Origin: a virus
DNA: 64,000 nt
Virus record (IMG/VR): IMGVR_UViG_3300048588_000136
Coordinates: 25,358 to 89,357 of that record
Reading direction: 5' to 3' (one strand)
Below are positions 54,943 through 63,877 of the stretch, piece by piece. Under the pieces are notes generated by a model, which was given only the letters and a program-made list of their open reading frames with translations, searched no databases and was not told where the DNA came from. Each line of letters begins with the position of its first letter. The stretch's first letter is position 1. A program made the position numbers and the translations under genes.

Positions 54943-55305
54943 TTAAATTGTAATACCTTTACCAGCCAGGTTGGCGACACATTCAGCGAAGTAAGCGGCA
55001 TTGTGTTCGGGGTAGCGCTCCATCGTACCGTGCCAAGTGAACTCGGTATTATCGTAGCCGACAATCTGGCCACGGTAGCCACGGGCACGCCATGACGCTT
55101 CGTGCTTGTAACTACGGCGCCGCATTTCTCGCATGACTTCCATGCGGTAGTGGAACAGCCAACTATACGGGTGCTCAAACACGTAGTTAACGACGCTGTG
55201 CTTTTTGCCCCAACCGGCTCCTCTGAGTGCGCAACATTCTCTATGCTGGCCCAATAGCTGCTGACGTGGCAGCTTTGGTAATAAGTCAACGTGCCATAGT
55301 CTCAT
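54943..55305 (-). CDS. Pyrimidine-dimer DNA glycosylase-like protein (TIGR02328-type)
   Basis: MRLWH..L...LPRQQLLGQHRECCALRG.GWGKKH. Confidence 0.85.
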   Translation of the reverse strand: MRLWHVDLLPKLPRQQLLGQHRECCALRGAGWGKKHSVVNYVFEHPYSWLFHYRMEVMREMRRRSYKHEASWRARGYRGQIVGYDNTEFTWHGTMERYPEHNAAYFAECVANLAGKGITI

Positions 55306-55318
55306 AATCACATCCTTT

Positions 55319-56095
55319 TTATGGCTGTACTGTCGCAGCACCATCAACCGTAATCGAATTGAGTTGTTGATTCAATCTTGCGGTAAGTTCATGCACTTCT
55401 GCTTCTGTGGTTGGCATCTTGCTACCGCAAGCCTTCAGCACAACATCAGCGCCGAACGCTTCAATAAGTTGCTGGATCTTTGTAGGTATCATGGAGTTAG
55501 CAACAGGTGTTTGCGCTGGTGGCGTCTGTGTAGGCTGCACTGTCCAAGTCGTTGCAATCACATCTCCTTCGGGCGAAATAGCGGCGCCGAACTCATCCGC
55601 TCGTTTCATGCCGCCAATTATGTCAGGAAAAACTACATCAGCGGCGTAACCAATAGCGCGCCATTTGAGCATGGACGCCGGATATTTTGTCCAACCACTT
55701 CCTGCTTTAACCAAGTCGGCGCGTGCGGCATCTTGCATTGTAAAAATGGTCGTGTATTCAATGCCGCCTTTGCGTTTCATCGTAACTTTGCACGAAAGTG
55801 GATTGCCTTTATCGTCATTCTGTTCTTCAATTCTAAGATTCTCACATTGACCAGATTGCATAATCAAAGCCAGCGCACCGCGCGGGGAAAGTGTCGGCTT
55901 GTCAGAAATGATGTGGATATATTCAAAGCTTGTGGTCAGTGGTAGTCCCAACTCGTGACCTTTCGCCATTACCATGATGGCTTGGGGTGCCGTGGCAACA
56001 CCAAACAGCCGACTATCTTTAGCGAAAGGAGCGATCTCTTGAATCATGCTCCAAATGGTCGGTGTCAATTCGTGTCTTACAAGTGCTGTAGTCAT
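55319..56095 (-). CDS. RecT-like single-strand annealing protein
   Basis: KGHELGL...KPTL...DAARADL...WTKYPASMLKWRA...FPD. Confidence 0.75.
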   Translation of the reverse strand: MTTALVRHELTPTIWSMIQEIAPFAKDSRLFGVATAPQAIMVMAKGHELGLPLTTSFEYIHIISDKPTLSPRGALALIMQSGQCENLRIEEQNDDKGNPLSCKVTMKRKGGIEYTTIFTMQDAARADLVKAGSGWTKYPASMLKWRAIGYAADVVFPDIIGGMKRADEFGAAISPEGDVIATTWTVQPTQTPPAQTPVANSMIPTKIQQLIEAFGADVVLKACGSKMPTTEAEVHELTARLNQQLNSITVDGAATVQP

Positions 56096-56101
56096 ATTCC
56101 C

Positions 56102-56731
56102 TCACTCTACATGTTTCCAAGTAATTCGACGCACAATAAGCCGAACGGTAGGATCAGACACGCTATAGCGTTCGGCAATTTGTTTCATAGTATATTGACC
56201 AGTTGCATACAAACTTCGGATAGATCGAACATCATTTTCGCTCAGGATTGCACTACCATTGTTTTCACCTTTGCTTGGCAAGGTTGGACCTTTTTTTGAT
56301 GCTCTGCCTTTTCGAGACATGTCTTTGCTATTTTCCTGCAAAGTGCCTAATGACAAATGATCAGGATGTACACACAAAGGATTGTCACAAGAATGTAACA
56401 CTTGCATACCTTTTGGGATCTCCATACCATTTGCAAGTATCCATGACATACAATGTGCACCAACTTGCCGACCATTGTAACGAATCGCGCCATAGCCATT
56501 ACCAGTTTTTGCGCCAGTCCAAAACCAACAACCATCAGTTTTGTTAACTCTTTCCCAGAACCTTTCATTAATAGATCGGTGTTGACGTTTGACTTTGATA
56601 TTGTTGAGTTTGATGTAATGACCACGCCGAAAACGTCTTGGTTGATCTTTGACATACCCAAGCCTAGTATCATTCCGTGGCGATATGGGGGCAGGTAAGC
56701 CGTAACCACATTCACACAAAGTGATGGTCAT
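56102..56731 (-). CDS. HNH homing endonuclease
   Basis: CWFWTG...GYG...LHSCDNPLCVHPDHL...EN; C-terminal HTH. Confidence 0.9.
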   Translation of the reverse strand: MTITLCECGYGLPAPISPRNDTRLGYVKDQPRRFRRGHYIKLNNIKVKRQHRSINERFWERVNKTDGCWFWTGAKTGNGYGAIRYNGRQVGAHCMSWILANGMEIPKGMQVLHSCDNPLCVHPDHLSLGTLQENSKDMSRKGRASKKGPTLPSKGENNGSAILSENDVRSIRSLYATGQYTMKQIAERYSVSDPTVRLIVRRITWKHVE

Positions 56732-56734
56732 ATA

Positions 56735-57460
56735 TCAATTCTCCTGTGGTGCCTTTTCATCTGGGCAAACATCCAAAACCATATGATCCTCTAAGTTGAG
56801 GGCCTTACGCACACCGGCTTTGATACCGGGGCCGATACCTGCGACAGGGTATTCCTCATTCCAGCGGTGCCAAGTAAGCCAAGCCAGAGCATCACATGGG
56901 CGGTTATCAAATTCTCGTAATAGTAGCTGTGCTCGCTCCAAGCCGATGCCGGGAAGAGCGGTTAACATGATTTCCCCTGGTGACATAATGCGGGGCTGTG
57001 CGGCCGGTTCGATAACAAACTCTGGTTTGCGTTCACGACTACAAATTCGACATACTGTAGCCTCGTAATCGTCATCAGATTGGCAGTAGACTACACGCAC
57101 ACCCATCTCTTGCACAGTCACCAAGGCACCTTGCACGCTGTCCCAGTTCCAGCCACTCACCCGTTCCTCTGCAATGACTTTGCCCTGCACTGTGGCTGCA
57201 AGTACGCCGGTAATCACCAAGTAAGCCCACGGTGTTTTGGCCCGAATCCCAGCGGCTTGATTAAATAGCCGGCTGTCTTTGATGCTACCAAGCAAGTCGT
57301 TTGGCGCCTTGCGCTCGATGCAAATCATGTCACCATTGCTGGCTGTCACCCACGCATCTCCATAATCCAACGCTGTGACCATTTTCATGGCGCCGCCGAA
57401 CTTTAGATCGTGTACCCATTTTGGTTCTCTGGAATCAACCATAATCATTTGTACGGTCAT
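56735..57460 (-). CDS. ERCC4/XPF-like nuclease
   Basis: VDSRE...GD...IERKAPNDL; HhH LPGIG. Confidence 0.88.
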   Translation of the reverse strand: MTVQMIMVDSREPKWVHDLKFGGAMKMVTALDYGDAWVTASNGDMICIERKAPNDLLGSIKDSRLFNQAAGIRAKTPWAYLVITGVLAATVQGKVIAEERVSGWNWDSVQGALVTVQEMGVRVVYCQSDDDYEATVCRICSRERKPEFVIEPAAQPRIMSPGEIMLTALPGIGLERAQLLLREFDNRPCDALAWLTWHRWNEEYPVAGIGPGIKAGVRKALNLEDHMVLDVCPDEKAPQEN

Positions 57461-57505
57461 AGATAAATGATGCCCGTATATAGCGACGGGCGGCGCTTCT
57501 ATGAT

Positions 57506-57760
57506 TTAGGTGATGCTCTTGATCAATTCCTCGACATCCCCAAGAAATTCGCTACTATTCAATTCTCCAGAATTGACAAGTGCTTTCAGTAGTTCAAGCA
57601 TTGCAGGGGCAGCGGCGATAAGTTTTGCATTTGCCAACGCTTCATCGTAGTCCATTTGATTTGTTTCCGGTGTGCCGAAATCAGCATGGCAAATGAACGT
57701 TTCGCCGGAAAATACACCACGGCCAACAGCTTGCCAAAGACCATTTGTAAATTTGCTCAT
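57506..57760 (-). CDS. Hypothetical phage protein
   Basis: ANAKLIAAAPAMLELL. Confidence 0.7.
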   Translation of the reverse strand: MSKFTNGLWQAVGRGVFSGETFICHADFGTPETNQMDYDEALANAKLIAAAPAMLELLKALVNSGELNSSEFLGDVEELIKSIT

Positions 57761-57761
57761 A

Positions 57762-58469
57762 CTATGCCGCCTTCGCCTTCCATAGCGCTTGCACTTCTGC
57801 GCTATCAACCGTGAAATACTTGTTCAGCGGCGCCATACTGGCCAACATCCCTTTGAGTTCGGTTAAATCCTTAGCGCCCTGCACCAGCATCGGCAAAAAC
57901 TGCTTGCTGGTTTCCCGTTCAGGGTTGTTCGCATTAGCCGTCATGTCAATAGACATTGGGTCGCCAGCGCCGTTGGTAGGTTGCGCAACGTTCAACGTGC
58001 TTTTTGGGGTGCCGCCGTCTGCGGAAAAAGCACTAACGCATCCAGCCTTGTCGGCGTACAGACCGAGAAACTTGAAGGTGGTGTTTTCGACTTCCTCACC
58101 GTTTTTGTTGGTGTACTTGCGTCCGGTTTTCACGACTTCAACCTTGACAAACTTTTTGTCAGCGGCGCGCAATTCCTTAATGCCGCACACATCCCGCAAG
58201 CTGGGCCAAATAATGTCGGCCCACTCACCGCGATTGCCGCAGATTGTGGAGCGGGTAAATAGTTGCGTCAAGCCAGTTTCTTCGATGGGATTGATCACCA
58301 TAGTGACCTCGGTGCGGCGCTCCTTGGGATCATCGTGCTCAGTCCAGACTGTTTTCTTTTTGTTGACAAACTGAATGAATGCGGCGCTCACTTCAAGCTG
58401 CCCATAGATATAATTCGGGCGCTCGGCTTCCTCAACTGCGGTGTTCATGGGGTCCAAATATGCAGACAT
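57762..58469 (-). CDS. Hypothetical protein, possibly SSB-like
   Basis: First gene of the recombination operon; beta-rich. Confidence 0.5.
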   Translation of the reverse strand: MSAYLDPMNTAVEEAERPNYIYGQLEVSAAFIQFVNKKKTVWTEHDDPKERRTEVTMVINPIEETGLTQLFTRSTICGNRGEWADIIWPSLRDVCGIKELRAADKKFVKVEVVKTGRKYTNKNGEEVENTTFKFLGLYADKAGCVSAFSADGGTPKSTLNVAQPTNGAGDPMSIDMTANANNPERETSKQFLPMLVQGAKDLTELKGMLASMAPLNKYFTVDSAEVQALWKAKAA

Positions 58470-58557
58470 GATCAAATACCTTTCTTTGAAGAACTAAATA
58501 AGATGGTGTCTATGTAGCGATGGCGACTTTGGGTGCTGGTCAATTGCTACAATAGAA

Positions 58558-58609
58558 ATATTAACACAACATAAATCCCTTGTCAAGCACTAAATTTCTA
58601 TTTTAGAAA
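58558..58609 (-). promoter_or_regulatory. Promoter TTGACA-17-TAATAT with TTTCTA-AAA-TAGAAA operator
   Basis: Same 8-bp spacing as at 50600 and 63031. Confidence 0.8.
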
Positions 58610-58619
58610 TCAATTTGCG

Positions 58620-59100
58620 AGGATAGCGGCGAAGTAACCATCATTGTAGCGCTAAATCCCTATTTTAGCAATTAACAATGCAGTAAGCTGGCGAAGGTTG
58701 CGAATAAGGATAACTTGGGTAACTGGCGAGGATGTCAAAAATCATGCAACAAAAATTGCAGAAATTTGCAATATTTTGTGCGATAAAGTTTTTTGTTTCC
58801 GCAATTAATAGTGCTATTTCAAAACCTCAGTTATCCGAACAAAAGTTCGATAACTGGCATTTTTGAGGCATTTTACTCTGAGAAAGTTATCCATGTTATT
58901 TATTTTATCTTTATTGCTACAAAAGCATAGAAAATAAAAAATTAACTACTATATATATATAGAAATTAAATATATATAGTAAAAAAAATACATCTCTAGA
59001 GTTCTTTAAGGGTTTGGGGGGGTGGTGGATAACTCCCAGAGTAATCAGAACAAAAGTTCGATAACTTTATGCATGATTTATTTGAAAAACGGGCGATGAT
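58620..59100. other. Putative replication origin
   Basis: ORF-free and AT-rich, with (TA)n tracts, multiple GATAAC/GTTATC hexamers and two GAACAAAAGTTCGATAACT copies. Confidence 0.6.
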
Positions 59101-59230
59101 TTCATGTGATTGACTGCGATTGGGGTGCGTGGCTGTCTGCTAGCAATCAATGTTGAAATGTCATAAAAGTTGCAGCATTGTGCCCGTTGAAAGGTGCGAA
59201 AATTTAAGGGTTGAATATGATGAAAAATTA

Positions 59231-59286
59231 TTGACACACAAGCGTATCAATGCTAGAATGAATCATGACACACAAGCGTATCAATG
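59231..59286 (+). promoter_or_regulatory. Promoter TTGACA-17-TAGAAT with 21-bp direct repeat operators
   Basis: TGACACACAAGCGTATCAATG occurs twice. Confidence 0.8.
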
Positions 59287-59299
59287 AAAGGAAATAGTC

Positions 59300-59494
59300 T
59301 TGGATGAAAAAATATATAGTTCGGTGGAAGTAGCTCAGGAGTTAGGTATTGCGTCGGCGTACATCCGTGTATTGTTGCGCCGCCATCCGCAACTAGAGCC
59401 ACATAGGGTTGGTAATATGCGGGTGTGGAAGCAGTCTGATGTAGATCGTATTAAAGAATGGTATAACCAACACAAACGAGTTAACCAAAAGTAA
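59300..59494 (+). CDS. MerR/Xis-like HTH protein
   Basis: IYSSVEVAQELGI...RVGNMRVW. Confidence 0.8.
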   Translation: MDEKIYSSVEVAQELGIASAYIRVLLRRHPQLEPHRVGNMRVWKQSDVDRIKEWYNQHKRVNQK

Positions 59495-59554
59495 AGCCGG
59501 CAAAGTGTCGTGAGCACCTCACCGGCTAATCACCCACGAAAGGGAATATCTTTC

Positions 59555-59788
59555 ATGAGTAACATCACCATTGTATCATCCTCTATTGACATTGTGAAAG
59601 TCTTGTTTGAAGCATTGTTACCCACGTTACCAGATCACACCGATGATGCTTGCGCAGTCCTCAGTGACATTGATGATCAAATTAGCTATGAACAGCATGA
59701 GCGGTTGTACTCTGCTATGTTAGCGGCTGTGGAAGAGGCTCAGGCTGCCGCATTCCGGGCCGGTTGGGAAATGAGAGGATCACTGTAA
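59555..59788 (+). CDS. Hypothetical protein
   Basis: AAFRAGWE C-terminal motif. Confidence 0.55.
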   Translation: MSNITIVSSSIDIVKVLFEALLPTLPDHTDDACAVLSDIDDQISYEQHERLYSAMLAAVEEAQAAAFRAGWEMRGSL

Positions 59789-60000
59789 TGAGCAAAAAGA
59801 TAAGATACGGACATAAGTATGCTTTGACGGGTGAAGAATTGATGAAACTTCAAGAGCTTTCCCGTCAGTTGAATTTGAATAAGGGTCAGGTTGTCGGTCT
59901 GCTTATTAAAAAGGCGCAAATTGTTATCGATCATGATGGGACGCATCAACTTGCAGATGATTCCTTGGTTATCAAGAAAGGTCAATCCGATGGCAACTGA
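59788..60000 (+). CDS. RHH-like small protein
   Basis: KYALTGEELMKLQELS...NKGQVVGLLI. Confidence 0.55.
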   Translation: MSKKIRYGHKYALTGEELMKLQELSRQLNLNKGQVVGLLIKKAQIVIDHDGTHQLADDSLVIKKGQSDGN

Positions 60001-60367
60001 CAAGCTAGCTGTGTGTTTATATCTATCTGCCACCACCAACGGGCAGATTGATCAACTTGCTGACAGCATGAGCCTTTCCAGAAGCAACGTTGTAGCCATC
60101 GCTGTCGCTAACATGCTTAATGATCAAGATGCTCTGTCCGCCGCCGTCCAAGAGATTGTTGACACACTCTCAAAGCAGGAAAAAGAACTTCCAGAGGACA
60201 AAAAGGAACTATACAACATTCTTCTTCACATCAAAGACGCTATGGAGATCCAGTTGCATCTTGTCACCAACGTGTATAGTGCTCCGCAAACTGAGCACGA
60301 AATCAAGTTATATAATATGCTGATAGATCGTGCCAAGCATGGAATGGCAATGATCAAGAAAAAGTAG
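59990..60367 (+). CDS. CopG/RHH-like protein
   Basis: VCLYLS...IDQLADSMSLSRSNVVAIAV. Confidence 0.65.
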   Translation: MATDKLAVCLYLSATTNGQIDQLADSMSLSRSNVVAIAVANMLNDQDALSAAVQEIVDTLSKQEKELPEDKKELYNILLHIKDAMEIQLHLVTNVYSAPQTEHEIKLYNMLIDRAKHGMAMIKKK

Positions 60368-60390
60368 CTTCGGCAGATTTGACGGACACT

Positions 60391-60423
60391 AAAAAAGCGC
60401 TGACCACCCGGCCGGCGCTTTTT
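60391..60423. terminator. Bidirectional terminator
   Basis: A6-GCGC...GCGC-T5. Confidence 0.7.
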
Positions 60424-60428
60424 CTTTA

Positions 60429-60513
60429 CTGGAACTTTTCGTAAGACCGGATATTCCGGCTATCCCTGTCTGAATCCAGAATCCCCTGCCTTTAGGCAGG
60501 GGGAGTATGTCAA
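60429..60513 (+). mobile_element. Orphan IS200/IS605 right end / TnpB omegaRNA-like remnant
   Basis: GTAAGACC-hairpin...TGAA...GAATCCCCTGCC-TTTA-GGCAGGGG-GAGTATGTCAA. Confidence 0.75.
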
Positions 60514-60552
60514 TGCTGAGTATTGCTGATTTTTCAGACTACGCACCGGACA

Positions 60553-60607
60553 GAAGGACATATATAGCGACTGTATTAATTTCTGTACCTATACAGTAAT
60601 CCTTCGT
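60553..60607. other. Candidate attP
   Basis: Imperfect IR GAAGGA...ACTGTAT / ATACAGT...TCCTTC just 3' of the integrase. Confidence 0.35.
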
Positions 60608-60632
60608 ATCAATCTACTCGCCAAGTATAGAA

Positions 60633-62117
60633 TTAGATCGCTTCAGCGTGCTTGACCTCATTGTCCAGAATCCACACACGCCAGTGCCGACGAAACCATG
60701 CGTTTGCTTTGGTTATATCCGGCTCGACCAACATGAAATGGCCAAAGGCTACGATCTCCTCTAGGCGTTCTAGCCGATTACCGGCGCGCATCTCCTCGGA
60801 GAGCGTGTTGGCCACATCGTTGCGTTGGGCCTGCACAATGGCCATTTGTTTTTCGATTCGCTCTACTTGGCGTTGGTAGCGGTCAGCCGTCATGGTGCCG
60901 GTTGTGTATGCGTCGTCGGCGCGCTCCAGTTGCGCACGTAGTTCGACAATACGTTCGTCATGCTTGGTGAGTTGGGATTGCAGCGCTGTGGTGCGGTCTT
61001 CAGTTTCCGGCATGTAGTCGGCAAGGTTGTCAAGCGCCGACAGAACGTCAGTACCCTTGCGTATCCAGTGTTCTACCTTCCACGCCATCACCGACCGGCC
61101 GGGGTGTTTGTTGGAGCAGTAATACATCTCATAGGTATATGTCTTGCTCTTCACTGTGGTTGAAATGAACTTTGCATCCATGCGCTGATTACAGACACTG
61201 CACCAAACAATCTGGCTAAAGCGGTGCGTGCTGTGGACGCTGCCGCGGGCAAACCAACGGCGATGGCGTTCGGCGCTGACAGCCTCTGCGGTTGCGTCGT
61301 CAATGATAGCCGGCCATTTTGATTTCGCCTTGATGTACTCGAATCCAGCGGTGCTGTGTTTGTTGTATTCCACATAGCCGGCATAGCGCCATATGTTGCG
61401 GATGATCCATACCACGTTGCCGGATGCCCACGGTCCGCCGCGGGGCGACGTATGGCCAGCCGCATTCAGTCGTCCGGCAACATCGTTGAGACTGGCGCCA
61501 TGCAACAGGTAGAGGTCACAGATTGACAGCAGCGCCATGCGCCCAGTTGTGTCTACCTCAACGTAGCGGGTGCCGTCATCGGTAAATCGTTCAACCCACG
61601 GCCAGGGTATCTCACCGGGGAAATCGCCACGGCGCACCCGTCCGGCCATACCAGACACCCGGCGTTGTTGGAACTTGCGTAACTCCTGCTGAGCGCCAAC
61701 TGATTTGATGGCGCCAAGCAATAAGTCATCATGATCAAACTTTTCAAACTCTATCGATGCCGGTGGACTATCCATCTCATAGAGGAGGATACCGGCCCTG
61801 TTGCATAGTTCGGCCACGGCCATCGACAGCGCCGCCGTGCGACCTAAACGGCTGCGATCTAGGTAAATCAGTACGTCGATAGAACGATTGTTGATCAGAC
61901 CTTGCAACTGTTCGTAAGCCGCAATGCGTCTGCAAGCTTCTTCAAACAGTACAATATCCCGGCTTTCACCCGGCACAATTAGTTCTGCAACCACACTGGC
62001 GCCATGCCGTTCCGCATGGCTGCGACCGCTGGCGAGCTGATCATTCAATGATACTTTCTTTGCTTGTGGCAGTGATGACACTGCCGCCCAAATTGCGACT
62101 CGCTTCATTACAATCAC
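60633..62117 (-). CDS. Large serine recombinase (integrase)
   Basis: AIWAAVSS..Q...SL..Q, DRSRLGR, recombinase domain, CSVC zinc ribbon, coiled coil. Confidence 0.9.
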   Translation of the reverse strand: MIVMKRVAIWAAVSSLPQAKKVSLNDQLASGRSHAERHGASVVAELIVPGESRDIVLFEEACRRIAAYEQLQGLINNRSIDVLIYLDRSRLGRTAALSMAVAELCNRAGILLYEMDSPPASIEFEKFDHDDLLLGAIKSVGAQQELRKFQQRRVSGMAGRVRRGDFPGEIPWPWVERFTDDGTRYVEVDTTGRMALLSICDLYLLHGASLNDVAGRLNAAGHTSPRGGPWASGNVVWIIRNIWRYAGYVEYNKHSTAGFEYIKAKSKWPAIIDDATAEAVSAERHRRWFARGSVHSTHRFSQIVWCSVCNQRMDAKFISTTVKSKTYTYEMYYCSNKHPGRSVMAWKVEHWIRKGTDVLSALDNLADYMPETEDRTTALQSQLTKHDERIVELRAQLERADDAYTTGTMTADRYQRQVERIEKQMAIVQAQRNDVANTLSEEMRAGNRLERLEEIVAFGHFMLVEPDITKANAWFRRHWRVWILDNEVKHAEAI

Positions 62118-62260
62118 CTAACGCTAATCGGTTAATATACATAACCTTACAATGATACACAGTTAATTTGTGAACAGTGGTCAAAGGATTTGCATGTTAA
62201 TTTACGATTAATGTAGCATTAAGACCTGCAACCCCATTCGCCCACGAGGAGAAAACGCAC

Positions 62261-62455
62261 ATGTCAACGGATGACGCAATTGATATTGCTAGACTCACTG
62301 ACGAGGAACGCATTGCCTATCAATCTGGGCTGATCGAACGAATCATGGCGCGGATTGACCGTTTGAGTAACCGCGGTGATTGCCGCCGTTGCCAGCATCG
62401 AGATTGCGCAGGATGTCAGCGATTTCAGAGCGCTGGTTCTCCGTCAGGTACGTAA
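62261..62455 (+). CDS. Small protein sharing a motif with 16488-16901
   Basis: GAGGAG SD; DIARLTDEERIAYQ. Confidence 0.55.
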   Translation: MSTDDAIDIARLTDEERIAYQSGLIERIMARIDRLSNRGDCRRCQHRDCAGCQRFQSAGSPSGT

Positions 62456-62918
62456 GAGATTGATCTAGCGATTGAAGAAAGCGGGTAATTTCTATATCCC
62501 TACGTCGATCCTTTTTATCCGCTTCCACCAAATTTTTAGCCAGAACCAACATAGATAATCTAGACCGTGGCAGCATGGCGTCAATCATGGCGCCCACCTC
62601 ATTGGCCTCATCAGTGTTGAATTTGTCTGGAATTTTTTCCGGTTCCAGCACATTGCCGCGCAGTATCCATTCGGTGTCTGTGTTAAACATGTCGCAGATT
62701 GCAAATAGCACTTCATGTGATGGTTTTATCTTGTCAGTCAAAATTCGATTCACAGTGCTTTTGTTGGTACTGATGCTGTAGTATTTTCCATCTGGCCCTG
62801 GTCGTTCCCCCGTCAACATTTCTGTCAACTCAACCTGTGTATATGGTGCAGCGCCTTCATGCCTGGCCCGGCCAAAATCCCGCAATAGTTGTTCTATCCT
62901 GTCGCCAATCGTTTTCAT
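62343..62918 (-). CDS. CI-like XRE repressor (no S24 peptidase seen)
   Basis: TIGDRIEQL...TQVEL...STVNRIL...PSHEVLFAICDMFNTDTEWILRG. Confidence 0.75.
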   Translation of the reverse strand: MKTIGDRIEQLLRDFGRARHEGAAPYTQVELTEMLTGERPGPDGKYYSISTNKSTVNRILTDKIKPSHEVLFAICDMFNTDTEWILRGNVLEPEKIPDKFNTDEANEVGAMIDAMLPRSRLSMLVLAKNLVEADKKDRRRDIEITRFLQSLDQSLTYLTENQRSEIADILRNLDAGNGGNHRGYSNGQSAP

Positions 62919-63007
62919 GCAATAATCCTCAGTTTGATTGATACCATTTTTGCAATGACTGATCAGTGTAACATCGATTTTCATAGCATTCCTTTTTTTG
63001 GTATATA

Positions 63008-63059
63008 TTTCTAAAATAGAAAATTAATTGTTGACAAGCGCATAAAAACCTGCTATTAT
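63008..63059 (+). promoter_or_regulatory. PR-like promoter TTGACA-17-TATTAT with TTTCTA-AAA-TAGAAA operator
   Basis: Lies between the divergent XRE genes. Confidence 0.8.
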
Positions 63060-63112
63060 TGCCATTAATGAAATTTGTTCCATTTTTAGCAATGACATGG
63101 AGGGTCCTTGGA

Positions 63113-63409
63113 ATGACAATTGATTCGGCGTTTCAAAAGGTTGTGGAAGTTCAGCGGACGTTGGCGAACCCACGTAACCGGCGCATTGTGGGCGCTCGGA
63201 TTCGATTATTACGTACCATGCGTGACATGGGGCAAAACGAATTGGCGCAAGCAATTGCCGCACCAAATAGCAAGATGTGTAAGTTGGAAAATGGATCGCA
63301 GATACTGACGCCAGAGGATGCGGCAGCACTAAGCGGAGCGCTGGCCGTGTCGCTCGATGAACTGTTGGCAGTGCCAGGAGACTCGGAACATGCTGCGTTG
63401 TCATGGTGA
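63113..63409 (+). CDS. Cro-like XRE HTH protein
   Basis: VGARIRLLR...GQNELA...KLENG...LSGALAVSLDELL. Confidence 0.85.
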   Translation: MTIDSAFQKVVEVQRTLANPRNRRIVGARIRLLRTMRDMGQNELAQAIAAPNSKMCKLENGSQILTPEDAAALSGALAVSLDELLAVPGDSEHAALSW

Positions 63410-63628
63410 TGGCTCCGAAGTTCATACAATTGTTTTGCGTGATGCGGTGTTGCCGTCGATCACGTTCAGCTATTCGCTCAAGGCGGCCGCTGCGTTGTTC
63501 GCAGATGCGGCGGCGATTCTAAGCTTACCACAAAACGTTACTACGATTCAACCCACTGTACCGGCGCAGCAACCTACGCGGCGCTTACAAAATAAGGTCA
63601 CGGCTTAAATCACATTCAGGAGACGACA

Positions 63629-63877
63629 ATGGCGGACTGGGGAGCAGCCAGAATCCGCATCGTTGACCACATCGCAGAATTACGGACATGGCTAACTGAT
63701 GGCTTTACCGACAATGATGATGTGCGCCTGGTGGTGTGTATGATGAGCCAGGCGCAACGGCAACTGCGCACGATGGACGCATTGCTTGCTGTGCGAACAG
63801 CGCCGGCGGCAACATGTAGGGTGGCGCACGAACGGGGCGCTGAAATATTGCGCTGGGGGTGGGTATGGCAGGCATAA
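63629..63877 (+). CDS. Hypothetical protein
   Basis: AGGAG SD. Confidence 0.5.
   Translation: MADWGAARIRIVDHIAELRTWLTDGFTDNDDVRLVVCMMSQAQRQLRTMDALLAVRTAPAATCRVAHERGAEILRWGWVWQA

Noticed and set aside
54933-55289. N-terminal extension of the J-domain ORF
   Set aside because: Overlaps the glycosylase-like gene; a strong AAGGAG SD supports the start at 54932.
60514-60535. Self-target of the putative omegaRNA guide within the window
   Set aside because: No convincing match found by eye on either strand; needs a computed search.
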